Shown here: in pieces, positions 24,751 to 32,313 of the stretch | Position numbering within the stretch: position 1 is the stretch's first letter | Layout of the letters: each line of letters opens with the position of its first letter | IMG/VR virus record: IMGVR_UViG_3300027852_000026 | Span: 1 to 39,007 of that record | DNA length: 39,007 bases | Origin: a virus | Direction: 5' to 3' (one strand) | The notes under the pieces: generated by a model | Told to the model about the DNA's origin: nothing | The model's input: only the letters and a program-made list of their open reading frames with translations | Databases searched by the model: none | Translations under genes and position numbers: made by a program

Positions 24751-25407
24751 TCACACCTGTCGTTTGCTGGGCGAGACTATAAGGGTGACGGGTTGCAGGC
24801 GTGTAACGTTGATTTTTTGCACGGTCATGGCGGGGTGTTGGTCGTTTATGCTGCCGAAGGTGTATTCGTCGTCGTGGGTATAGCGTAGTTCTTTGATCAT
24901 GCAAAGGCCGTCGGTGGTGCAGGCGACGACATATTCGCCCTGGTGTACGGGGCTGTTGGGCTCGATAACAACAAACCAGCCGTTTTTGATGGTAGGGGCC
25001 ATGCTGTCGCCGCGCACGCGCAGGGCGTAGGCGTCCGGGTCTTTTGACGAGGCAATGATAAAGCCGTCGCCGTGTTGTAGGTGGCCAAGGTCGTCCCAGT
25101 AGCCTTCTGGCCCGGCCTGGGCGTTGCCGACGATGGGGATTTGGTCTGGCGCTTTTACCGGATGAGAGTTGTAGTGGCCTTCTGCGTCTGCCACGCCGGC
25201 TGACGCCTTGTTTTCAGGGTTACCAGAAAGCCATTCAGCGGTGACATCGAGAGCTATGGCGAGAGCGACGATGTGAATCGAGTTTTGCTGGTCGCCCCTT
25301 TCTATTTGACTAATTGATCCCTGTTTGACGCGGGACGCCTCTGCTAGCTGGCTCTGTGTCCAGTTTTTGGCTTTTCTCGCAGCCCGTAATCGCTCACCCA
25401 TGCTCAT
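24751..25407 (-). CDS. cI-like prophage repressor (XRE HTH + S24 LexA-like autopeptidase)
   Basis: LRAARKAKNWTQSQLAEASRVKQGSISQIERG matches an XRE HTH. The C-terminal LRVRGDSMAPTI (Ser) and CMIKEL (Lys) match S24 peptidases. It is divergent from a cro-like gene. Confidence 0.92.
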   Translation of the reverse strand: MSMGERLRAARKAKNWTQSQLAEASRVKQGSISQIERGDQQNSIHIVALAIALDVTAEWLSGNPENKASAGVADAEGHYNSHPVKAPDQIPIVGNAQAGPEGYWDDLGHLQHGDGFIIASSKDPDAYALRVRGDSMAPTIKNGWFVVIEPNSPVHQGEYVVACTTDGLCMIKELRYTHDDEYTFGSINDQHPAMTVQKINVTRLQPVTLIVSPSKRQV

Positions 25408-25509
25408 GCGCGGATACTACTAGCGCGGTAGTACTCCTGCAAACTACTAGTATAGTGCTTGACGGCTATAATAATGTCTGTGTAGTATTGCAGGTCAAGA
25501 GGATTTGTT
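25408..25509. promoter_or_regulatory. immunity switch region (OR analogue) with divergent promoters
   Basis: Perfect inverted repeat TACTAC-N7-GTAGTA (25415-25433). ACTACTAG is repeated at 25416 and 25443. TACTAGTA palindrome at 25445-25452, and GTAGTA at 25482-25487. Rightward promoter TTGACG (25459-25464)-N18-TAGTAT (25483-25488). Leftward promoter TTTGCA (25443-25438)-N18-TAGTAT (25419-25414). Confidence 0.6.
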
Positions 25510-25773
25510 ATGTCGAAAGAGTTGGTAGCACGCTGTGCTGGCGTAGCGGGTAGCCAGGTTGAGTTGGTTGAAAAAATGAAGCCACACCTACCTGAGAGGC
25601 TAGCGAAATCATTTAAGCAAGGCCATGTGTCGAACTGGATACATTTGGAGCGGAAAAGCCCTGTGCCGCCGGGTGAGTACGTTATGGCTATGGTTAAAGC
25701 TGTTGATGGGGTTGTGCAGGCCCATGAGCTTCGCCCTGATCTGTATCCAGAGCCCAGCAAGTCTGTCGCATAA
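25510..25773 (+). CDS. Cro-like / YdaS-family HTH regulator
   Basis: 87 aa with SD AAGAGGA. VSNWIHLERKSPVPPGEYVMAMVKAVDGVVQAHELRPDLYP resembles the Cro/YdaS family. It is divergent from the repressor. Confidence 0.75.
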   Translation: MSKELVARCAGVAGSQVELVEKMKPHLPERLAKSFKQGHVSNWIHLERKSPVPPGEYVMAMVKAVDGVVQAHELRPDLYPEPSKSVA

Positions 25774-25878
25774 ATCATTAATTGCCTGTTCATAACTTGA
25801 TTATGACCGGGCTTTTTTTTGGGTTAACGGGGCAAAAATACCCCTTTACGAGTCCAGCGCTATTTACTTGTTAGGTGT

Positions 25879-26106
25879 TTAGCTGCGAGGTAAAGCAAAA
25901 CAAATGTACTTTTTGAGAATGTTCTTTTGATGGTATTTGTCTTTAAGTTTTGCGGCCATGAGCCCTTCGTAAACGGTGGGCGGTACCTGGAGGTATTTCT
26001 CGTGCCCTCCGTCGTTAAAGCTAAGTTCAAGCTCTTGTTTTATTGCGTTGTAACGGACGGCTTTGAGGAATTGAGATGATACATATTTCCAGCCCTGCGC
26101 TCCCAT
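25879..26106 (-). CDS. KTSC domain protein
   Basis: 75 aa from the ATG at 26106. FLKAVRYNAIKQELELSFNDGGHEKYLQVPPTVYEGLMAAKLKDKY matches the KTSC pattern (Yd...L.v.F..G..Y.Y..VP..vy..l..A.S.G.y). It is AT-rich and inverted relative to its neighbours. Confidence 0.65.
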   Translation of the reverse strand: MGAQGWKYVSSQFLKAVRYNAIKQELELSFNDGGHEKYLQVPPTVYEGLMAAKLKDKYHQKNILKKYICFALPRS

Positions 26107-26123
26107 CAGATTACACCTCGAAT

Positions 26124-26282
26124 ATGACTGATCAGGAAATATTAAAGCATTTTGGTGAAACGTGTTGTTTTGTGGCTGAAAGAGGTCGGCCACTAATGTT
26201 GGATGCAGTATTTCTTGAGCTGCTTGCACGCGCAGGCATAAAGAACGTTAACAATAAAAAACAGGGAGCAAGTCATGAGTAA
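26124..26282 (+). CDS. possible small protein (52 aa)
   Basis: ATG at 26124, with an 8-nt overlap onto the next gene. There is no clear SD. The longer track version would overlap the KTSC gene. Confidence 0.35.
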   Translation: MTDQEILKHFGETCCFVAERGRPLMLDAVFLELLARAGIKNVNNKKQGASHE

Positions 26283-26736
26283 GTTTGCAACAAATAACGG
26301 CCATTCACCTTTCTACCGGCGCATTGGTTATTTGCTGGTGCTGTTGTCGGCACTGGTGATGTGGTTGGTTATTACAGTTGGCTTTGGTGTTGCGCTGGTG
26401 TATTCGAACCGGGCGCAGGCGCTTGAGGCTGATTATGCCGACCCCTGGTGTGCGGCGCAGGGTGGTGTGGCTGAGAAGGCGCTGGCTGACCGCACGCGGG
26501 TTGACTGCTTGCTGCCGGGCTTTGCGGTTGAGGTTGATTACGCGCACAAGTGGGCGGAGGCGATGGGGCAGGCTTTGCATTATGGCCGTATGACTGACCG
26601 TATGCCGGGTGTGATGTTGATTTTAAAAAAGCCGGCTGATGCGCGTTATGTGCGTCGGTTAAATGCCGATGCCGAGCACTGGGGTTTGCCGTTGTTTGTT
26701 TGGACGGTGAAGGCTTATGCGCCGGGGCAAGAATAA
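26275..26736 (+). CDS. membrane-anchored protein; the C-terminal domain has a D...ExD...K pattern faintly reminiscent of PD-(D/E)xK nucleases
   Basis: 153 aa with the N-terminal TM helix IGYLLVLLSALVMWLVITVGFGVALV, followed by VDCLLPGFAVEVDYAHKWAEAMGQALHY. Confidence 0.6.
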   Translation: MSKFATNNGHSPFYRRIGYLLVLLSALVMWLVITVGFGVALVYSNRAQALEADYADPWCAAQGGVAEKALADRTRVDCLLPGFAVEVDYAHKWAEAMGQALHYGRMTDRMPGVMLILKKPADARYVRRLNADAEHWGLPLFVWTVKAYAPGQE

Positions 26737-26779
26737 ACGCGGGAGCGAGCCTCCTTCAACCTGGCGACGGCCCCAGGTG

Positions 26780-26871
26780 ATTGCGCAATGGCTAGCTGGG
26801 TGCGCCCGCATGCATAACGCCCCGGCAATGGAAGCCCTGCTCGCGTTAAAAAAACAGGGGTAATTGCGCAA
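26780..26871. repeat. two copies of the palindrome ATTGCGCAA(T) in a 180-bp non-coding gap
   Basis: ATTGCGCAAT at 26780-26789 and ATTGCGCAA at 26863-26871. Only tiny ORFs lie between them. Confidence 0.8.
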
Positions 26872-26915
26872 GGCCGTGTTTTTAATCAATCAATAAATGA
26901 TGAATAAGGATTGTT

Positions 26916-27080
26916 ATGACGGATTCTAAAAATGAGTCGTGGGCAGGTATTGAGCAGCGCATAAAGGCTAAAAGCCTAGCTCAGCCGGGCACTATGTTGG
27001 CGGCTATTACAGCATGGGAGGCTGTTGGTGACTTTGCCCGTGCTCGCACTGTGCAGGCGCTGTTGAGTGAACAAGCATGA
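26916..27080 (+). CDS. small hypothetical protein (54 aa), absent from the track
   Basis: ATG at 26916 with AAGGA 5 nt upstream. The frame is open to TGA at 27078-27080, which overlaps the next ATG (ATGA). Confidence 0.5.
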   Translation: MTDSKNESWAGIEQRIKAKSLAQPGTMLAAITAWEAVGDFARARTVQALLSEQA

Positions 27081-27196
27081 GTTGGGGTGAGTACCGCCGG
27101 TTGCGTTTGCTGGGTTTGAGCCGGGCTGAGATTGCGTGTGGTTTGTACCGCACGGGGCCGTGGTTTGAGTCGGTTGGTGGGGTGGATGATGAGTGA
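27077..27196 (+). CDS. small hypothetical protein (39 aa), absent from the track
   Basis: It is ATGA-coupled to the upstream ORF, and its end overlaps the start region of the next gene. Confidence 0.35.
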   Translation: MSWGEYRRLRLLGLSRAEIACGLYRTGPWFESVGGVDDE

Positions 27197-27488
27197 TGAG
27201 CGCTTCGAAGACCCGCACGATATGAGTGTCGATGAAATACTCGCACAGCGTGGCGAGCGTTATGGTTTGTTTGCTGAGCATGCCCGTATTACCCAGAGCA
27301 TTAAACGGGCGATGGTTGATAGCCCTAACTGGGCAACGCTGAGCGACGATAAAAAAGAGTGCCTTGAAATGGTCGCTCACAAGATGGGCCGCATTCTCAA
27401 TGGCGACCCTGAGTACCTTGATAGCTGGGACGATATAGAGGGTTATACGAAGTTGGTGTCTAAGATTTTGCGGGGGCAGGGGCAGTGA
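27186..27488 (+). CDS. DUF6378-like phage protein
   Basis: 100 aa from ATG 27186. RGERYG....KECLEMVAHKMGRILNGDPEYLDSWDDIEGYTKL fits the YG...K..R......DSw.D..GY pattern seen in phage replication modules. Confidence 0.55.
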   Translation: MMSDERFEDPHDMSVDEILAQRGERYGLFAEHARITQSIKRAMVDSPNWATLSDDKKECLEMVAHKMGRILNGDPEYLDSWDDIEGYTKLVSKILRGQGQ

Positions 27489-28366
27489 GCGGTTGTGAGG
27501 TTGTAGGGGTTGCATCGCGGCCCGTTCGGCATTGGTTTTTTAATGAGCATGAGCAGCTGGCGCTGCGTGAGCTGTTGACGTTGGGTTATCCGTTTGCGTT
27601 GGCTATTTACCAGCTTGAGCTGCGGCCTAATATGGATTTTAAAACGGCTGTGGTGGGGCGTAAGCGGCGGATATCGGAGCAGGGCTTGCGGGAGTTGGTT
27701 GAGCGGCGGCCCGAAAGGGGTTCTCGCTGGAGCGTGAAGAAGCGCGACAGGGCGTGGATACAGCGGCAGCTTTCGGCGCTGGAAAAAGTGGGTTTAATCA
27801 AAAAATTACCCGACGAAAAACTTTGTTTTTTGCTTGTTTTGGCTAATGTTGAAGTAGTCCGTGCAAATGAGGAGCGAGCGTATGAGCGTACAACATCTGG
27901 CATTAACTGTGCTGGCGTAACCTCTTTAAAAGAGGTTAAAAAACAACATCTTAGCGCGGTGCCTTCGGTTTTGGAGCCGGTAAAATATGGCGATGAGCGT
28001 ACCGATGAGCGTACCACCTCTGAGAAGATCTTTACAACAACAAACCCGTTGGATTTTGAGCAGTTACGGTCTGTGGATATGGCAATGGTGGTAGATGCTT
28101 ATCACCGGGTGTTGCCGGGGCTGGCGCCCATCCGCGCTTACGATTCGCCGGGCTATCGCAATTTGGTGGGGCGCATTTGGTTTCGTGAGCCTGTGCCTAA
28201 GCACCAGGCACCTGAGTTTTGGGGTTGGTATTTCAGGCAGGTGCGTGATTCTGATTTTTTGATGGGCCGGGCCTACAACCCTCGGTACGGTAAATTTAAA
28301 ACCAATTTTAAATACCTGGTGACCGAGGGCGTGTTTGAAAAAATAGTGAATGGTGAGTTCTCGTGA
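27485..28366 (+). CDS. replication initiator / replisome organiser (O-like)
   Basis: 293 aa directly upstream of dnaB and overlapping it. The N-terminus looks like a winged helix. The C-terminal FWGWYFRQVRDSDFLMGR....FKTNFKYLVTEGVFEKIVNGEF resembles the conserved phage replication-protein C-terminal domain. The linker region carries iterons. Confidence 0.6.
   Translation: MSGCEVVGVASRPVRHWFFNEHEQLALRELLTLGYPFALAIYQLELRPNMDFKTAVVGRKRRISEQGLRELVERRPERGSRWSVKKRDRAWIQRQLSALEKVGLIKKLPDEKLCFLLVLANVEVVRANEERAYERTTSGINCAGVTSLKEVKKQHLSAVPSVLEPVKYGDERTDERTTSEKIFTTTNPLDFEQLRSVDMAMVVDAYHRVLPGLAPIRAYDSPGYRNLVGRIWFREPVPKHQAPEFWGWYFRQVRDSDFLMGRAYNPRYGKFKTNFKYLVTEGVFEKIVNGEFS
27881..28022. repeat. iteron-like repeats (ATGAGCGTAC x3) inside the initiator gene; candidate origin
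   Basis: ATGAGCGTAC occurs at 27882-27891, 27993-28002 and 28005-28014. The last two form a perfect 12-bp tandem GATGAGCGTACC. The first and third copies match at 16 of 19 positions over 19 bp. Confidence 0.6.
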
Positions 28367-29745
28367 GTAACGCGCAGGGCTTTGAGGCGCTGGAGCGCTT
28401 GCATAGCGCCGATGCTGAGGCGGCGGTGATTGGCTCGGTGATGCTTAATGCTGAGTCTTTTGGGTTTATGGTTGATGCAGGCTTGCGCGCTGAACATTTT
28501 TACAGCGTGGCCAACCGTTCGGTTTGGGAGGCGGTGGTTGCGAATGCAGAGGTGGGGCAGCCAGCCGACCCGATAACACTGTCTGAGGCGATGATGCGGG
28601 CCAATACGCTTGATGCGGTGGGCGGGCCGAGTTATTTGGTCGGCTTAGCGAAAGGTACGCCCAGCTCTGAAAATGCGGCTGCCTATGCGGGTATTGTGGT
28701 GCGCAAGGCCCATGAACGGCGCTGGTTGCAGTTGTTGCAGGAGTCGGTGGGGGCGTTTTTCGACCCACTGGTGGCTGACCCTGTGGCCAAGGCAGAGAAG
28801 CTGGTTATGCAGCTTGAAGGTGCGACGCCGAGCAGTGATTTGGTGCCGCTGAAAGATGCTTTGAGGGATTTTATAGCGCTGAAGGAAGACCAGTGGCAGA
28901 ACCCTGGGCTGCGGGGTTTGCAGATGGGTTATCACAATATCGACCATCGGCTTAACGGCTTGCAGCCGGGTAATTTATTGGTGGTGGGTGCGCGGCCTGG
29001 CATGGGTAAAACCAATTATTTGTTAAACATTGTTCGCCAGGTGGCGTTGCAGAAGCACGACTACCAGATACTTGTTTTCTCCCTCGAAATGAATAATTCA
29101 GAGCTGGTGCAGCGCTTGGTTGGTGCGCAGGGCAGGGTGAAGGGTGGGCTGCTGAAAAGCGCTGAAGTGTTTGGCCACCCTGACAGCACGCAGCGCTTGT
29201 CGTTGGCTGTGGGTGAGCTGAAAGATTTAAACGTAAAGCTCTGTGATGCGGCGAGTTTAACCGTGGGTGAGCTTTGCGCCATGGCGCGTAGTGCCCACCG
29301 CCGCCAGCCCGTTGGCATGGTGATGATTGATTACCTGGGCTTGCTCGACAGTGATGGCCGTAGCGACACGCAGGCCTTGAAAATTGCCGACATTACCCGC
29401 GCGCTGAAGCGCCTGGCTAAAGAGTTGGGCTGCCCTGTGGGGATTGCTGCGCAGTTGAGTCGCAAGGTTGAGGAGCGCCGCGACAAGCGCCCTGTGCTGG
29501 CTGATTTGCGTGACAGTGGGGCCATTGAGCAGGACGCCGATGTGGTGCAGTTTTTGTATCGCGATGAGTATTACTACGAGGACACAAATTACCCGGGGCA
29601 GGTGGAGGTGATCACTGCCAAGCTGCGCGATGGTGAGGTGGGTACTGATTACCTGGGCTGGGAGGGGCAGTACTACCGCATGGTGTCGCAAAGCACCAAG
29701 GATGTTGATACTGGCGGCAAGGGTGGCTATTCGTATGACGCTTAA
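28363..29745 (+). CDS. dnaB: replicative DNA helicase DnaB
   Basis: 460 aa with the N-terminal SADAEAAVIGSVMLN, Walker A GARPGMGKT, and SLEM / IAAQLSR / LRDSGAIEQDADV motifs. Confidence 0.93.
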   Translation: MSNAQGFEALERLHSADAEAAVIGSVMLNAESFGFMVDAGLRAEHFYSVANRSVWEAVVANAEVGQPADPITLSEAMMRANTLDAVGGPSYLVGLAKGTPSSENAAAYAGIVVRKAHERRWLQLLQESVGAFFDPLVADPVAKAEKLVMQLEGATPSSDLVPLKDALRDFIALKEDQWQNPGLRGLQMGYHNIDHRLNGLQPGNLLVVGARPGMGKTNYLLNIVRQVALQKHDYQILVFSLEMNNSELVQRLVGAQGRVKGGLLKSAEVFGHPDSTQRLSLAVGELKDLNVKLCDAASLTVGELCAMARSAHRRQPVGMVMIDYLGLLDSDGRSDTQALKIADITRALKRLAKELGCPVGIAAQLSRKVEERRDKRPVLADLRDSGAIEQDADVVQFLYRDEYYYEDTNYPGQVEVITAKLRDGEVGTDYLGWEGQYYRMVSQSTKDVDTGGKGGYSYDA

Positions 29746-29761
29746 TTCGAGGAGAAAAAAG

Positions 29762-30124
29762 ATGGATGCTGGGTTTTCGGAAGGTTTGGAAAAGTTGAAA
29801 AAAGCGGTTGAAGAAAGCCCGTTTGTGCCGGGTGAATGCTTTCTGAATGAAGATTGTGGGTGCCGTGCTGCTGGTTATAGCGAGGGTGTTGAGAGCGGTT
29901 ATTTTGAAGGGTTTATGGCGGGCGTTGAGAGTTCTGGTGTGACTGTGACGCCCGGTGAGAAAGTTGACCGGTTGCTTATGCAGATTTCGCGTGATGAGGC
30001 GAGCGGAGGTGTTCTTTGTGAAGTGTTGCGTGGGGTTTTGGCGCGGTTTTTGGAATGTTATGTGCAGCCGGGTGCTGATGAGGGTGCGTCGTTGTTTGGG
30101 TCTGTCTCGCGGGGTGAGGGCTAA
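29762..30124 (+). CDS. hypothetical protein
   Basis: 120 aa from ATG 29762, with GAGGAG upstream. The longer track ORF would overlap dnaB. Confidence 0.6.
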   Translation: MDAGFSEGLEKLKKAVEESPFVPGECFLNEDCGCRAAGYSEGVESGYFEGFMAGVESSGVTVTPGEKVDRLLMQISRDEASGGVLCEVLRGVLARFLECYVQPGADEGASLFGSVSRGEG

Positions 30125-30126
30125 CA

Positions 30127-30315
30127 ATGCGAAATACATTAAGTGCAGAGAAAAAAGCCAAGCTGGCGCGGTACGAGCGCGACGTTGCTGGCTGGGTGGC
30201 TAAGCATGGGCCAATACCGTTGGTGCCGGTGCAAAGGGTGGAGGTTGTGTCTAAATCGATTAGGCAGCGGGATAGGGAGCGGTTTCAGCGGGAGTGTGTT
30301 GGGGTGAGGTTGTGA
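30127..30315 (+). CDS. hypothetical basic protein
   Basis: 62 aa, tightly packed against its neighbours. Confidence 0.55.
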   Translation: MRNTLSAEKKAKLARYERDVAGWVAKHGPIPLVPVQRVEVVSKSIRQRDRERFQRECVGVRL

Positions 30316-30566
30316 TGTTGCCAGAAAATGAAGTGAAGACGCTCAGTCAAATGAAAGCCGATGCCATTATGGGATTGGTTAACTCGATGATTGGTGCTTA
30401 TGAACACGGCTTTGTGGATAGAGCTAACTGCTCGCTGGCTGAGGTGCACCAAGTTGCCAGGCACCATGTCAAAGACAATTACGGCATTGATACGCCAAGC
30501 ATTGTGGATACCTGGGGCGAGGAACTGGCTAAAGAATGTGGGGGCGTGCTGGGTGAGTGGGTCTAA
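30315..30566 (+). CDS. hypothetical protein
   Basis: 83 aa. The ATG at 30315 overlaps the upstream TGA (GTGATG). Confidence 0.55.
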   Translation: MLPENEVKTLSQMKADAIMGLVNSMIGAYEHGFVDRANCSLAEVHQVARHHVKDNYGIDTPSIVDTWGEELAKECGGVLGEWV

Positions 30567-30912
30567 AGCGCGTAAAGCAGAGGCGCGAAAGCTGCTTCGA
30601 AAGGCTAAGGGTGATCTATTGCCTGTGGATTTAAGTGATCAGCTGTGTCCTGTGTGGATGACCAGGGCCTTTAGGAATAATCGCTGTACGGTAATGATTG
30701 ATGACAATGCGGTCATGCCCGGCGGGCTGCCGGCAATAAGGGCGATGGTTCAGCGGCACGACGATAAACCTATGCCTCGGCATTGGCGAGAAATGCAGGG
30801 GATAAAAAACGAGCTGTTTGGTGATGAGGCCAGGGGTATTGAGTTTTACCCGAAAGTCTCAGAGCTGGTAGACGACCACAATATTTATTGGTTGTGGGTG
30901 TTGCCTGATTAG
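30553..30912 (+). CDS. conserved phage protein of unknown function
   Basis: GTG at 30553 follows GGGGC. HWREMQGIKNELFGDEARGIEFYPKVSELVDDHNIYWLW looks like a recurrent prophage family. The start is uncertain, with ATG 30659 as an alternative. Confidence 0.5.
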   Translation: MSGSKARKAEARKLLRKAKGDLLPVDLSDQLCPVWMTRAFRNNRCTVMIDDNAVMPGGLPAIRAMVQRHDDKPMPRHWREMQGIKNELFGDEARGIEFYPKVSELVDDHNIYWLWVLPD

Positions 30913-30958
30913 ATTTTTTTTATGCGTGAAATTTTAAAACAAGTATTTGAGGTTAAAA

Positions 30959-31450
30959 ATGGCCAGAGGCATCAACAGAGTAATTTTAATCGGCAACCTG
31001 GGGCAAGACCCAGAAACGCGCTACATGCCATCGGGTGGGGCGGTGACGAACGTAACCCTCGCTACTAGCGAGACCTGGAAGGATAAGCAAACCGGGCAGC
31101 CACAGGAGCGCACGGAGTGGCATCGGGTGGTGTTCTTCAATCGCCTGGCTGAAATTGCGGGGGAGTATTTGCGCAAGGGTAGCAAGGTTTACATTGAAGG
31201 CTCGCTTCGCACGCGAAAATGGCAGGACAAGGCGACGGGGGCTGATCGTTACACGACGGAGATTGTGGCCGGTGAGATGCAGATGTTGGATAGCCGTGGT
31301 GCTGATGCGGGTGGCGGGCAGGCAGGGCCGCAGCAGGCCCCAGTGGGGGCAGGGCAGCAACCGGCACCACAGGCTGCCCCGCAGGCGGCATCTGCGCAAG
31401 GTGGGCAGGGTGGCGGGTTTGATAATTTCGACGATGATATTCCGTTTTAA
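30959..31450 (+). CDS. ssb: single-stranded DNA-binding protein
   Basis: [38 protein letters not shown] is an OB fold. A Gly/Gln/Pro-rich linker follows, and the C-terminal tip is DDDIPF. Confidence 0.95.
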   Translation: MARGINRVILIGNLGQDPETRYMPSGGAVTNVTLATSETWKDKQTGQPQERTEWHRVVFFNRLAEIAGEYLRKGSKVYIEGSLRTRKWQDKATGADRYTTEIVAGEMQMLDSRGADAGGGQAGPQQAPVGAGQQPAPQAAPQAASAQGGQGGGFDNFDDDIPF

Positions 31451-31663
31451 GTTTCGTTGGCCAGTATGTGGCTTGACCGTTGGTAACGGCGGTAGCGAAA
31501 CGGCGTCCTCGTCGTCGTACATGCAAGCGTGGGCCGAGTACATTAAGGTCGAGCCGTCCAGTAAGGGGCGTTAAAGAATTAGGCTAAGTTTAGTGCGCGC
31601 CTGCCATTGCGCGAGCTGGTTTAAGTGGATGGCGAGTTTATAAAGTGTCTGGGGAGTTGGGTG

Positions 31664-31849
31664 ATGAGCGATGAGTTACGCCCTCGGCATTATGCGGCGG
31701 CGTGTTGTGCGTTGCCGGGGCGGGTTGAGCGGCGGGCGTATTTGGCAGAGGTGGTGCCGGCGCATTTGAGGGATTGGGTGCGTTTGTATGTTGAGCTTGA
31801 GTTTGAGCGCAAGGAAAAGAAGAAAAAGCAAGAGCAGAGGGATTGGTGA
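31664..31849 (+). CDS. hypothetical protein
   Basis: 61 aa. GGGGAG lies 7 nt upstream of ATG 31664. Confidence 0.55.
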   Translation: MSDELRPRHYAAACCALPGRVERRAYLAEVVPAHLRDWVRLYVELEFERKEKKKKQEQRDW

Positions 31850-32091
31850 TGGGGCAGACAAGGTTAAGCTCATTGATAGAGGCTGGGTTCAATATCGTCA
31901 TTGGCTATGTGGTGGCGCTGATATCGCAGCTGGTGATTTTCCCTGCGGTTGGGATTGATATTCCGTTAAGCACCAATTTGGTCATCGGTGCGTGGTTTAC
32001 GGTGATTAGCCTGGTGAGGAGTTATGTTATTCGCCGCTGGTTTAATGCTCGGTTGCATGCTGCGGCTTTGGCGCTGTCGAAAAATGCTTGA
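31849..32091 (+). CDS. small membrane protein (two TM helices)
   Basis: 80 aa from ATG 31849, which overlaps the upstream stop (TGATG). Hydrophobic stretches are IVIGYVVALISQLVIFPAV and LVIGAWFTVISLV. Confidence 0.6.
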   Translation: MGQTRLSSLIEAGFNIVIGYVVALISQLVIFPAVGIDIPLSTNLVIGAWFTVISLVRSYVIRRWFNARLHAAALALSKNA

Positions 32092-32248
32092 TCCTATTCA
32101 GTTAATTTTGGCCATTGTCGATGCAATTGTTCGCTTGTCGATAGCAGCTAAAAGAGAGGCGCGGTGCCACGTTAAAACCGTGAGTCTAGAGGGTAAAAGA
32201 GCCTTTCCGCCCGCTGTTTGGCGGGCAATACCTGTGCCGGATGTTTAG
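32084..32248 (+). CDS. small hypothetical protein
   Basis: 54 aa. ATG 32084 overlaps the end of the upstream gene. Confidence 0.4.
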   Translation: MLDPIQLILAIVDAIVRLSIAAKREARCHVKTVSLEGKRAFPPAVWRAIPVPDV

Positions 32249-32313
32249 CCAGGGTAACGTGGGTTTGTGTTCGTTGTGGCTGGTGTGTGGTGATCAATAA
32301 GTGGGGCGGTGCA

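Noticed and set aside
25404-25793. A 129-aa minus-strand ORF spanning the operator region and running antisense to cro.
   Set aside because: It would run through the divergent promoter/operator gap and across the whole cro-like gene. It has no motif and no SD. The cI/cro arrangement explains the region.
25795-25850. Possible terminators after cro: TCATAA-cttga-TTATGA followed by CCGGGC-T8, and GGGGCAAAAATACCCC followed by TTTACG.
   Set aside because: The first stem is AT-only and is separated from the T-run by unpaired GC. The second lacks a proper U-tract on either strand. Both are too weak to call from sequence alone.
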